Sequence record: SRR31156797_2984
DNA length: 41,953 nucleotides
Direction: 5' to 3' (one strand)
Position numbers and translations under genes: made by a program. This document shows positions 16,477 through 25,791 of this stretch, piece after piece. The notes below the pieces were generated by a model. The model was not told the DNA's origin. It made no database searches and saw nothing but the letters and a program-made list of their open reading frames with translations. Position 1 is the first letter of the stretch. Each line of letters starts with the position of its first letter.

Positions 16477-18516
16477 TTAAGCTGGATTTAGTATTTCTAA
16501 AATTTCTTCAATCAACTTCTGCACTTCAGGAATCATATCAACAAACATTTCCCCGCTGAGTCCGAAGCTTTCGTAAATCTTTTGATCAAGCACACCAAGT
16601 ACAGGAGATAAGCCCAGATGATACCCCAGCGCTCTGGAAATAAAGTCGGCCACGTGGATTATTCCGGCATCAGGATCTTTCTTAGCCTTGGCCGGATTAT
16701 GATGAGCCGCAGCGGCAACCACCAAAGATTTAGGAAAATTCCAATCTTTGAGAATAACCCCACCTAAAGCGGCATGGCTGAAGCCAAGCAACTCCATCTC
16801 GGCATCATACAGGCTGTTTCCATTAATACGGGCTAACTTAGACAGCTCAAGACCAAGACTTTTATCACTTTCGAAAATCACATAAAGCCCAATATCATGA
16901 AGCATTCCTGCAACAAAAAAACGCTCACAATCCTGAAATCCGGCCAGCTTTGCTATTTCCTGCGCAATTACTCCACAGGCTATGGCATGTTTCCAGAACT
17001 TCTCAACCTGCAAAACCTGTGCTCCCTCACTCCTTTTGAAAAGACTAAGCGAAACAGTTCCAAGAGCAAGAGAGCTGGCCTGTTTAAAACCCAATAAAGC
17101 CACCGCTCTGGAAGTAGTATCAACCTCAGTACGAAAACTGAACATGGCACTATTAGCGAGCCTCAGAATAGCTGCCACCAGCTTGGGGTCCTTGTTGATA
17201 ATAGTAGCAAGATCATCTGCGGAACTGTCTGGATCTTTAACAACCTTCTGAATCTCCAACAAAACCTGAGGTAAAGAAGGAAGAACCAATTTTGATTTCA
17301 AAAAATCTTTTGGACTTTCAGGCTTAGGCCCCTCCCATGGGCCGACATCAGCCGGACGGGGTTGAGGCATAAACTCATCCGGCTCTACAATCATCTTCTT
17401 ATAAACATTCTTGAATGCTTCCTTTTTTAGAAGACGGATAAAATCAGAATCATCAGCCTGACTGAAAAGATGTCTTACATATTTAACTGCCGCATCTTTA
17501 ACCTGCGGATTAAGAGTTGTCGTCTGCTCAACTTCCTGCATATCTATCCTTTTAGAAACTTGGGACTTAGATCTTATGGCCCAATCAACAGTACGCGCCA
17601 GGCCATTCTCAAAAGAAACTTCGGCTTTAAAACCTTCGGCTGAGAGCTTACTTACATCCGCACAGGAATGTTTGATATCCCCGGCCCGCTCCGGTTTAAA
17701 ATCAATATCTTCCGGTGCAGAAGTCAACCCTGCAATAATCGTTGCAAGCTCGCGTACAGACCGGCCAATTCCGGTTCCTACATTGTAGATACCGGTCAAC
17801 GGACCGCGACCATGCTCATCAAGTCCGGCGGCAATAAAATATGAAGTAACCACATCGGAAACATAAAGAAAATCCCTTGTCTGCTCCCCGTCCCCGAAGA
17901 TGACCATATTTTTTCCGGACAATCCGAAATCCACAAAACGGGAAATGACTCCACTATATTGGCTGGTGGGGTCCTGACGCGGACCGAAGATATTAAAAAA
18001 ACGCAAGGAACAACCGTAACCGGACTTTGCTATGTACTCCGAAGACTTATATTTAGCCACTCCGTAAGGACTGAGTTGCTCGGCCTGTGCTGCGTATTCT
18101 TCCTTAACCGGAAGCCGGTCTTCATTGCCGTATTCTGCTGCGGACCCTGCAAAGACAAAACTGGAAATCCCAAGCTCCTTTGCAACATCAAGCATATCCC
18201 GGTTAGCTTCAAAATTGACCTGCATGGTCAGTTCTGGATGCTCCACAGAATATGGAACACTGACTACAGCCGCTAACTGGAAGATCACATCCAAATCAGG
18301 GTGAAAATGTTTAAGGTCCACTAGTAAATTTTCTTCAACTATGGACCTTTCGTAAAATGTGAACCCGGCATGATCAATGAAGCCTTCCATGTTATGGGCA
18401 TATCCACTAGCAATATTATCCACTCCCACAACAGAATGCCCAGCATCCAACAAAATCTGCGTCAGGTGGCTGCCTATAAACCCCGCACATCCGGTAACAA
18501 GACAGGTCTTCGTCAT
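16477..18516 (-). CDS. pelX: PelX-like UDP-(N-acetyl)glucosamine/glucose 4-epimerase fused in frame to an HDOD domain protein
   Basis: GCAGFIG, AGSAAEYG, YGVAK and FFNIFGPRQDPTSQYSGVIS in the first ~325 aa, with HDOD motifs afterwards. ATG at 18516 has RBS GGAGGGG (ORF opens at 18531). An internal RBS+ATG lies at 17541. Confidence 0.8.
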   Translation of the reverse strand: MTKTCLVTGCAGFIGSHLTQILLDAGHSVVGVDNIASGYAHNMEGFIDHAGFTFYERSIVEENLLVDLKHFHPDLDVIFQLAAVVSVPYSVEHPELTMQVNFEANRDMLDVAKELGISSFVFAGSAAEYGNEDRLPVKEEYAAQAEQLSPYGVAKYKSSEYIAKSGYGCSLRFFNIFGPRQDPTSQYSGVISRFVDFGLSGKNMVIFGDGEQTRDFLYVSDVVTSYFIAAGLDEHGRGPLTGIYNVGTGIGRSVRELATIIAGLTSAPEDIDFKPERAGDIKHSCADVSKLSAEGFKAEVSFENGLARTVDWAIRSKSQVSKRIDMQEVEQTTTLNPQVKDAAVKYVRHLFSQADDSDFIRLLKKEAFKNVYKKMIVEPDEFMPQPRPADVGPWEGPKPESPKDFLKSKLVLPSLPQVLLEIQKVVKDPDSSADDLATIINKDPKLVAAILRLANSAMFSFRTEVDTTSRAVALLGFKQASSLALGTVSLSLFKRSEGAQVLQVEKFWKHAIACGVIAQEIAKLAGFQDCERFFVAGMLHDIGLYVIFESDKSLGLELSKLARINGNSLYDAEMELLGFSHAALGGVILKDWNFPKSLVVAAAAHHNPAKAKKDPDAGIIHVADFISRALGYHLGLSPVLGVLDQKIYESFGLSGEMFVDMIPEVQKLIEEILEILNPA

Positions 18517-18535
18517 CTCCCCTCCCGGCATTACA

Positions 18536-19906
18536 TCAGAACAACGGCTGACTTGAAAAAGTTATATACTCCAGATCACTAACGCTTTTTGAGACAAGGT
18601 AATAGGAAAACATCAAGGCAATGAAACATGAATAACAATAGCCATAACCATAAAAGGTAAACCCGAGCTGCATACTCAACCAGGTCAGCCCCACGTTACT
18701 CAGCAGAAAGACTAGGGTAACTGCCAACACTTCCTTACGCAGATCAAAATAAAACAGAATGATCACAGCCACAGAAAGCATAACCTGTAACAGGGAACCT
18801 ACCAAGGCAATCTGCAAAAGAGGCTGCTGCAAAGGAGAAAGACCGACCAGATCAACAAATGCGGGAGCCAGAAAAATGCAAAGCATTGTCAGTGTACCCT
18901 GCACAATCAAAATCTCACGCAAGCTTTCCTTGAGCATTTTGATCATGCCTTTCTTCTCCTGCAAAATACTGGAAAGGTCTTCCTTAGATATTATTTTCGC
19001 AAAATAGTCATGATAATGCTCGTAAAACTTGGTTTCAATCTTAACCAGAAAGATGGCGAGAGTAGGTACAATGGTCAGATAAGCGAAAAAAATTGGCCCC
19101 TCATACATGTCATGGGTGCGCAGGTAAGGCACCACCATTCTGGAATCCGGTGCGAACCAGAACATGATTTTGTCCACCCAGATGGCAAGGTTGAAAAACA
19201 TGCCGATCAGAGCCAGTTCCCAATATTTGATAAAGTATGAAAACATAGCCGAATCCCAAACCCTGCCCGGAGGGAATTCGGCAAGCAAACGGGCCAGCAG
19301 CCAGAAAAAAATCACCGCCTGACCAAAGGTGTAGCCGAGCAGGTAGCCCTCAAGCCCTGCAAACGGATAAAGCAGAAAAGCACTACCCACGCTACACATG
19401 GTCCCCACTGCGAAAGCCTGCACAATGGAACGGAAATCCTTTACTGCTGAGAGAAAAATCATAGTCAGCCAGATCATAGCCACAAGAAGAAAAAGTATCA
19501 CCGCAATGATCTTGTAAGTTAAAGCCAGCTCAAAGAACCAGATTCCGCCCACGCCGATAATTGCCCCGGCTGCAAGCACAATGACCGCACTGGTAAAAAA
19601 AGCGGTAAGGGTAACCTTTTCATCTCCCAAGTAAAAACGGTCGGCAAGGTAACGAGTCACCACCAACTGAATATAGCCCACGTAAATGAGGGTAAAGGCG
19701 TAGACATAAACAATGGTGGTCCGGAAAATATCCTGATCCATCCGGGAAAAGCCAGAATAGGAGTATAGTCCCAGCACAGCAAGACAGAGAACGCTCATCA
19801 GCCAAGGTCCGGATGAAACCATAGCCGCGTACAAATAGGCGGACACATCAGAAAGAAAGCTGTCCCCGCGCAGCATTTTTCTCAGTTCAAATCCTATTCC
19901 AGCCAT
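18536..19906 (-). CDS. pelG: Pel exopolysaccharide inner-membrane transporter PelG
   Basis: Diagnostic N-terminus MAGIGFELRKM..SSGPW, WVDK..FW, ET.FY..Y and about 12 TM segments. Confidence 0.95.
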   Translation of the reverse strand: MAGIGFELRKMLRGDSFLSDVSAYLYAAMVSSGPWLMSVLCLAVLGLYSYSGFSRMDQDIFRTTIVYVYAFTLIYVGYIQLVVTRYLADRFYLGDEKVTLTAFFTSAVIVLAAGAIIGVGGIWFFELALTYKIIAVILFLLVAMIWLTMIFLSAVKDFRSIVQAFAVGTMCSVGSAFLLYPFAGLEGYLLGYTFGQAVIFFWLLARLLAEFPPGRVWDSAMFSYFIKYWELALIGMFFNLAIWVDKIMFWFAPDSRMVVPYLRTHDMYEGPIFFAYLTIVPTLAIFLVKIETKFYEHYHDYFAKIISKEDLSSILQEKKGMIKMLKESLREILIVQGTLTMLCIFLAPAFVDLVGLSPLQQPLLQIALVGSLLQVMLSVAVIILFYFDLRKEVLAVTLVFLLSNVGLTWLSMQLGFTFYGYGYCYSCFIALMFSYYLVSKSVSDLEYITFSSQPLF

Positions 19907-19909
19907 ACT

Positions 19910-21415
19910 CTACTCCAGATCATCCATTGCCATGTAATCTTTATAAATATTTAAATAAGTCTCATTAAGATCCGACTCTTTATAAAAAGTCTTCACCCGT
20001 TCAATCCCAGCTTTTGACATCTTACTGCGCAGAATCGGACTAGTCAGAATTTTCAGAATAGCCTCTCCGGTGCTGACCGGGTCCGCAACCTTGGTCACAA
20101 TCCCGGACGGCCCAAGGGCCTGATCCGCCACAGTACGTCCCTCCAAAAGCTCCCGGCAGGAACCAACATCCGAAGCAACCGCCGGAATTCCTGCACAGTT
20201 TGCTTCCATGATAACCAATGGCTGAGCCTCACTGATACTGGTCAGCACGATAACATCAAGCTTGGGCAGATAATCCGTAACCCGGACCTTACCCGTAAAC
20301 TCCACCACATCCTCAAGATGCAACAGCCGTACAAGATTGACACATTCTTCGTAATATTCCTTGTCCTCCTCAGTGGGACCCATGATATAAACCTTAAGCG
20401 TTTCAAGCTTAATGGCCACAATCTTGATGGCACGCAGAAAGGTCTTCACATCCTTGATAGGCACCACGCGGCCCACAAAACCTACAGCAAATTCAGTCTG
20501 CCCCATATAGTCATGGTCTGCAGGCTTAAGTCCAAGGAAATTATCAAGGCTGATGCCGTTAGGAATAATCCTAATCTTGTCCGGGTCGGCACCTTCCTGA
20601 ATCTCAAGCTGACGGTTCCCCTCGTAAAGAGTATAGATTGCGGAAGAATAATCGTAGCACAACCGGGCCAACTGCTCGAACATCCTGATCCAGAAAGTCT
20701 GAAACGCACCGAGCTTACTTTCAATACGCATCCGCTCATCTTCCTTGCGGTAAACCCACTCGGCCTGAGAAATTTCAATTTTGCGTTCTTTAACATAGAT
20801 GCCGTGCTCGGTTAGCAGCAGCGGACGCCCGGTCATAACCCGGGCCACAACCCCAAGAAGCCCAGCATATCCAGTAGAAATAGTATGATAAACCCGTGCC
20901 TTCGGCAGATCGAGGGGAAGCATTTTGAAAATAGGCAGATGGGTAAACCGGTAAGTCCAAAAATAATCAATGAATGACTCTTCATTTCCATCCGGCTTAT
21001 AGCGTTCCACGAGCACATCCCATGCCTTCTTTCCATGGAACAATTCGGAAAGAGGATATTTATCATGACGAAAAAGCTCAACCATGTCCTTCATCATACT
21101 GATATCATTGCGATCAAGACGGTAATGAAATTTCCTGAGCTTCTCTATATTGGCAGTAGAAATCTTCTTGAACGGATTCTGTGAAATTTCAACCGGGTCA
21201 TGTAAGTAGACAATCTTGGGATCAACAAAATTATCCGGTACATCGTAACGGTACTCAGCTTTTTCTTTAGAAGAAGCGAGAATACAAACAGCGGTAAAGG
21301 TCAACTCCGGCATACCCTTGATAAGGTTATGAATCCATGTAGAAACACCCCCAGCCACAAAAGGATAGGTACCCTCAAGAAGCAAACAGACATCATACTG
21401 TTTATCCGAACTCAT
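19910..21415 (-). CDS. pelF: GT4 glycosyltransferase PelF
   Basis: LLLEGTYPFVAGGVSTW, STGYAG, LLTEHGIY..ER, GRVVPIKDVKTF and SISEAQPLVIME. Start placed at ATG 21415 (RBS GAGGT); ORF opens at 21427. Confidence 0.95.
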   Translation of the reverse strand: MSSDKQYDVCLLLEGTYPFVAGGVSTWIHNLIKGMPELTFTAVCILASSKEKAEYRYDVPDNFVDPKIVYLHDPVEISQNPFKKISTANIEKLRKFHYRLDRNDISMMKDMVELFRHDKYPLSELFHGKKAWDVLVERYKPDGNEESFIDYFWTYRFTHLPIFKMLPLDLPKARVYHTISTGYAGLLGVVARVMTGRPLLLTEHGIYVKERKIEISQAEWVYRKEDERMRIESKLGAFQTFWIRMFEQLARLCYDYSSAIYTLYEGNRQLEIQEGADPDKIRIIPNGISLDNFLGLKPADHDYMGQTEFAVGFVGRVVPIKDVKTFLRAIKIVAIKLETLKVYIMGPTEEDKEYYEECVNLVRLLHLEDVVEFTGKVRVTDYLPKLDVIVLTSISEAQPLVIMEANCAGIPAVASDVGSCRELLEGRTVADQALGPSGIVTKVADPVSTGEAILKILTSPILRSKMSKAGIERVKTFYKESDLNETYLNIYKDYMAMDDLE

Positions 21416-22481
21416 GACCCACCTCACTGAAATCAGCTTCTGTTGCTTCTTCTCCGGACAATGCCTTTTCCTTCCAGAAATTATAAATCAAAGCCTTAAA
21501 TGGATCGGGAGACTCCAGTTCAGGACGTACCCGCAACTGTTCAACTTCCTGAAACAATGCAACATAATTACCCACTTCAAAAAAAGTCCTACAAATACCA
21601 AGACGGGATTCCATTTCAAGTTCAGGAGATTTCATAGTCTCGCGGTAAATATGCAACGCTTCACTAAAACTTTTGCTCTCAACATATGCTTCAGCAAGAC
21701 GCATCAGGTAATCCTTATTTTCCTGATCCCTTTCAACGGCCTTACGCCAGTGCCCACAGGAAAAGCCCATGGAACGTTCCTGCATATTCACTTCCGGCAA
21801 GCCACTACGGGCATAATTACGATAGACGGAAGCAAGCTCAGCATGTGACTGTGCGCTATCGTATTTGTCAGCGCGGAAACGGGCCTTTTCCACTGCCTCT
21901 GCATAATCCTCTTCAAGCCTTGTCAAAGCAGTATGGGCATAAAAGCGGACCTCGGCATTCTCATCGGAAAGACTCTTACGCAACAACTTGACTGCTTCGG
22001 CAGACCCGATGCGACGCAACAAATTAACCGCTCCCCTTTTCATCTCCATGTCATCCCCGGTCAAAATATCCGCAATGGGATGGACATCAACTTCATCGTA
22101 TAAAAATTCGGTAATATCCGTGGGCAGGTCAACATCGATCCCTCCCCCCTCGTAAGCCTTTTCCTTATACTCCTCAGCCAGCCCGAAACTTTTCATAAAT
22201 ACACGGGACATAAGCAGGGTTATCGAAATTCCTACCAATCCGATCAAAGGCATGAATATAGTGAACAAAGCCGCGATACGAGGATAATAAAACCCCATGC
22301 CAGGCAAGGCGCGTGGTTTGGAAGCGGTAAAAAGCACAAAGGACAAACCCGAAAAAATGTGAACTCCAATTGCAGCGTAGACGTACCAAGAGACGACCTC
22401 CCTGTTCAGGTAGAGCCAGACAGCCCCGCCTTCTAACAGATAGGAAGCAGCAAAAGCCCCCAGCAGGCGCATCCGCGCCAT
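21402..22481 (-). CDS. pelE: PelE-like membrane protein with HEAT/TPR repeats
   Basis: N-terminal TM helices (..FMPLIG..), the HEAT-like LRKSLSDENAEVRFYAHTAL typical of PelE, and TPRs. Lies between pelD and pelF. Confidence 0.8.
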   Translation of the reverse strand: MARMRLLGAFAASYLLEGGAVWLYLNREVVSWYVYAAIGVHIFSGLSFVLFTASKPRALPGMGFYYPRIAALFTIFMPLIGLVGISITLLMSRVFMKSFGLAEEYKEKAYEGGGIDVDLPTDITEFLYDEVDVHPIADILTGDDMEMKRGAVNLLRRIGSAEAVKLLRKSLSDENAEVRFYAHTALTRLEEDYAEAVEKARFRADKYDSAQSHAELASVYRNYARSGLPEVNMQERSMGFSCGHWRKAVERDQENKDYLMRLAEAYVESKSFSEALHIYRETMKSPELEMESRLGICRTFFEVGNYVALFQEVEQLRVRPELESPDPFKALIYNFWKEKALSGEEATEADFSEVGHEFG

Positions 22482-22491
22482 TCTAATTACC

Positions 22492-23925
22492 CTACTCCGC
22501 AAAAAGTACACTGACCATGTCCTCTTTCACATTGTTGACCAGTTCCTCAGGGTCTTCCATTCCCAGACTATATCCGGCTACTCCGGCCCGAAGCTCCACA
22601 AGATTCTGATCTGTTTCGAAAGCCATCACACTAAGCGCCTTAAAAGAACTAAGCAGGTTGTTAACCACTACACGCGCTCCTGCAGCAGGAGTGGTCGGGA
22701 GGATCATATAAAAGGCCCCCGGCTCATCACTCATGAACAGAATGTCGATTTCACGAATCTGGTTTTTAAGGATCATACTGAAAGCCATGAGAACTTCATC
22801 ACGGCCTTCGTCAGAAGCATTGGAAAGCCCCGGAAATTCAAGCATGATCAACGACAGATCCAACTCATAACGCCGCGCTCTGACAAATTCTTCCCGCAAT
22901 CTGCGCAGGAAATAGTCAAAGGTGTAGGCATCAGTTATTTCATCAGCGATCAGCTTGTCTTTGGTCTCCGCAAAAACAGTAGCATTTTCAACACTACTAC
23001 CGCACCAGTCAGCGACCAGCCCGGCCACCCGCACTGAATCACTGGTAAACTTAAGAAAAGGCATCTTCTCAACATTCAAAACCCCGACCACATGCTGGTG
23101 GTTATCAGCCATAATAGGAGCGGAAATGACAACACCGCTGGGCATACTCTCGGTGCTGGCAATATCCCTGATAGACACAGCTCTCTTTTGAGCTGCGGCA
23201 ATACTCATCAAACTTTCGCCCCAAGGAATTACTTCCGGCAAATAACTCTTGCCATGCCGCAAAGCAGTATCAAGCCTGAATTCAGTTCCATCCAACAGAT
23301 AGATTGAACATTCCTCTACATCCATAAACTCGCGCAGAATTTCCAGCACTGCCGGGTAGATGCTGTCGATACTCAAAGTACGCAAGCCCTGCGCAGCTTC
23401 ATAAAGGGTACCCAGAGTACTTTCCTGCGAAAGGATCTTGCTGTCTAACTCCTGCTTGGCCTCACTGAGTATGTCATATTTAGTTTTGACCTTATCAAAA
23501 GCATCATGAAAGGCATCCCTTTCTTCGCAGACACCATTATACTCCTTGATATGTAGTTGGCGCATCTCGCCAAGCATAACACCGACCAGAAAAAAAAGTA
23601 TGGGCTTACCCCACATTGATAGGGTCCTGAAATCCATCAACTCAATATCAGGGATGGTCAAACTTTTAAAAACAACAAAAAATAAACCCGCCATAATTCC
23701 GGAAAAAAGACCTCCGGCAAAACCGTAACGAGCCGAAGTCAGCAAGACCACAATCCAATAAGGATGAGGAGAAACAGAAATGAATCCCGGGTCCTGCCGA
23801 AAAAAAATCAAGTTGGCCGCAGTTATGGCAACCAGTCCGAGCAGGACTTCATAATATTTTGAAAGCTTGTATTTTTTGGCAGCTGCTTTGACTTTAAACA
23901 TATTCACCGGCCTAATTATTTTCAA
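22492..23925 (-). CDS. pelD: PelD-like c-di-GMP receptor (TM, GAF, degenerate GGDEF)
   Basis: N-terminal TM region (PHPYW..RYG), coiled coil, GAF (VLNVEKMPFL), and a GGDEF fold with intact I-site RxxD (REID, 22744-22755) and degenerate active site. Start uncertain (TTG 23925 or ATG 23901). Confidence 0.88.
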   Translation of the reverse strand: MKIIRPVNMFKVKAAAKKYKLSKYYEVLLGLVAITAANLIFFRQDPGFISVSPHPYWIVVLLTSARYGFAGGLFSGIMAGLFFVVFKSLTIPDIELMDFRTLSMWGKPILFFLVGVMLGEMRQLHIKEYNGVCEERDAFHDAFDKVKTKYDILSEAKQELDSKILSQESTLGTLYEAAQGLRTLSIDSIYPAVLEILREFMDVEECSIYLLDGTEFRLDTALRHGKSYLPEVIPWGESLMSIAAAQKRAVSIRDIASTESMPSGVVISAPIMADNHQHVVGVLNVEKMPFLKFTSDSVRVAGLVADWCGSSVENATVFAETKDKLIADEITDAYTFDYFLRRLREEFVRARRYELDLSLIMLEFPGLSNASDEGRDEVLMAFSMILKNQIREIDILFMSDEPGAFYMILPTTPAAGARVVVNNLLSSFKALSVMAFETDQNLVELRAGVAGYSLGMEDPEELVNNVKEDMVSVLFAE

Positions 23926-23930
23926 ACACG

Positions 23931-25787
23931 TTAGAAAACAAAACCGATCCCACCGCTAACGAACTGGGTTTCCCCGCCCCCGGCAAGCCCGGAATCACTG
24001 CTGTATTCATAGTTAAGGCTCAACTCAAACCTTCCCAGTTTTAAAGCCAATGACGGTCCCCCGAAATAACTGGGACTGTTCTTGAACTCATCAAGCCTTA
24101 TCCCTCCGGCTGCCTGAAAGACAATTGTATCACAAATGGACTTGCTGAAACTGGCACTGAAGGTGTGGATACTCTCATTTTCCACCACTTCGAACGGCTT
24201 GAAGGTTTCATCATCGTACTTAAAGTAAGAACGGTAGAAAGAGTAAGAAACGAAAAGATCAGGGTCAGCAAGAAGCCTGCGGGTCAAGATGACGTTGTAG
24301 AGTCCCTTGGCCCCGTAATTCCGGTCTGATTCCAGCTTATATTGCCGCAACTGACCATTAAGAAAAAGTCCCCAAGTATCATCGTAAAAACCGTCATAGG
24401 TCAGGGAAAGTTGATTGTAATGCCCTTCATAGTTGGCTGCGGAAGGTTCATCGAGCCACGGATTATTGTAATCGATCATGGCAGAGAAGGTTCCGGGATC
24501 ATGAATACGCCAATCAAAACCAAAGGCACCGGAAATTCCCGAAGCAGTTCCCTCATACGCACCTACGCCCACAATACCGGTAAAGGTGCGGGTAAAATCT
24601 CGCTTCAGCAAAACTGCTGCCTGATTGACATCCTTATCGATCTTCTCAACTCCATCCTGCTGAGGACGGTAAATACGGGTATTAGCGTAGTAAAACTCCC
24701 CTCTGGTCTGATCGGTAATCTGCATAGAAAAACGGCTGCCCAGAGCTGTGGTTATAGACTCATCTGCCTGCAGATAGACACTGGGAATGAGTTCAAGACG
24801 CGGCCTGCGTTCCATGAGCAGGTTTGAAAGAGCCTGCCGTGCTTCATAATTATCCGGCTCAGCATCGATAAGTTCCGAAAAGCTCTCGATTGCGCCCAGC
24901 CAGTCCCCCCCCTGCTGAGTACTGTAAGCCTTGGCGGAAATGGAATCAGTGTCACCAGGCCGCAACCGCAGCAGATAATTGAGGGTATCGATCTGTACGG
25001 AATAATCCCCGGCCAGCAAACGCAGACGGGCTTCCTGCCGCAAGGCACGCGGAGAATCTGGATCAAGGTAAAGCCAGCGACGCAACAGGGCCTCAGCCTT
25101 TGCGGTTTCATTATTATCGATAAGTGCGCCAATATACTCTTCACGCAACTCCAAATCATCTGGGTAGATCTTAAGCAGCTTAGCATAAAGCCTGACCCCG
25201 TCTTCCACATATCCGCGGCGGATCATGATCCGGGCAAGAATTACATTCTGCTGCCTGTGCCCTGTCGCCCTCAACACATCACGCTGTCCCAATTCGTAAA
25301 AAAGGGATTCCGGTGCACCGACTAACTTCGGCTTGCCCTGCGAAGAATTCTCCGCACCTTTTGCTCCCTGCATAGTGGTCTGCGGCGGCAATGGGGTTTT
25401 GCGGGAATCCAAAGTCCGCTCTTCCAGCATAGTCACGGGCATGGAGCGGACCATATAATCAAGTTTAATCTTCTTCTTGAAAAGACGTCCGGCAACCCGC
25501 GCCTGACTACGGGTGGGATAATCACCTATCTGAATCACCCGCCAGCCTTTGCCTTGTCCATCGTACAGATAGACCATGACCGGGGAGTAACCTTCACTTT
25601 TCAGATAGGACATGAAATTCCATGCAGCATCAGCCCCCAGAAAAGAACTGACCCTGACAGTCCATGTAACATCATTCTTTTCTTCTACAGGCACAGCGGT
25701 AGTGTCCTCCGCCCAGAGCGGAGTTCCATGCATGACCGGCATCAATACCGTCATCAAAACAAAAATTCCAAAAACTAATTTTTTCAA
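23931..25787 (-). CDS. PelB C-terminal-like outer-membrane export protein with N-terminal SPOR domain (signal, SPOR, TPR, beta-barrel)
   Basis: Signal peptide ending LWA. SPOR pattern WTVRVSSF..A..L..GY..WRVIQIGDYPTRSQA, TPRs, then alternating aromatic beta-strands ending in the BamA-type GIGFVF. Occupies the pelB position. Confidence 0.78.
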   Translation of the reverse strand: MKKLVFGIFVLMTVLMPVMHGTPLWAEDTTAVPVEEKNDVTWTVRVSSFLGADAAWNFMSYLKSEGYSPVMVYLYDGQGKGWRVIQIGDYPTRSQARVAGRLFKKKIKLDYMVRSMPVTMLEERTLDSRKTPLPPQTTMQGAKGAENSSQGKPKLVGAPESLFYELGQRDVLRATGHRQQNVILARIMIRRGYVEDGVRLYAKLLKIYPDDLELREEYIGALIDNNETAKAEALLRRWLYLDPDSPRALRQEARLRLLAGDYSVQIDTLNYLLRLRPGDTDSISAKAYSTQQGGDWLGAIESFSELIDAEPDNYEARQALSNLLMERRPRLELIPSVYLQADESITTALGSRFSMQITDQTRGEFYYANTRIYRPQQDGVEKIDKDVNQAAVLLKRDFTRTFTGIVGVGAYEGTASGISGAFGFDWRIHDPGTFSAMIDYNNPWLDEPSAANYEGHYNQLSLTYDGFYDDTWGLFLNGQLRQYKLESDRNYGAKGLYNVILTRRLLADPDLFVSYSFYRSYFKYDDETFKPFEVVENESIHTFSASFSKSICDTIVFQAAGGIRLDEFKNSPSYFGGPSLALKLGRFELSLNYEYSSDSGLAGGGETQFVSGGIGFVF

Positions 25788-25791
25788 AACA

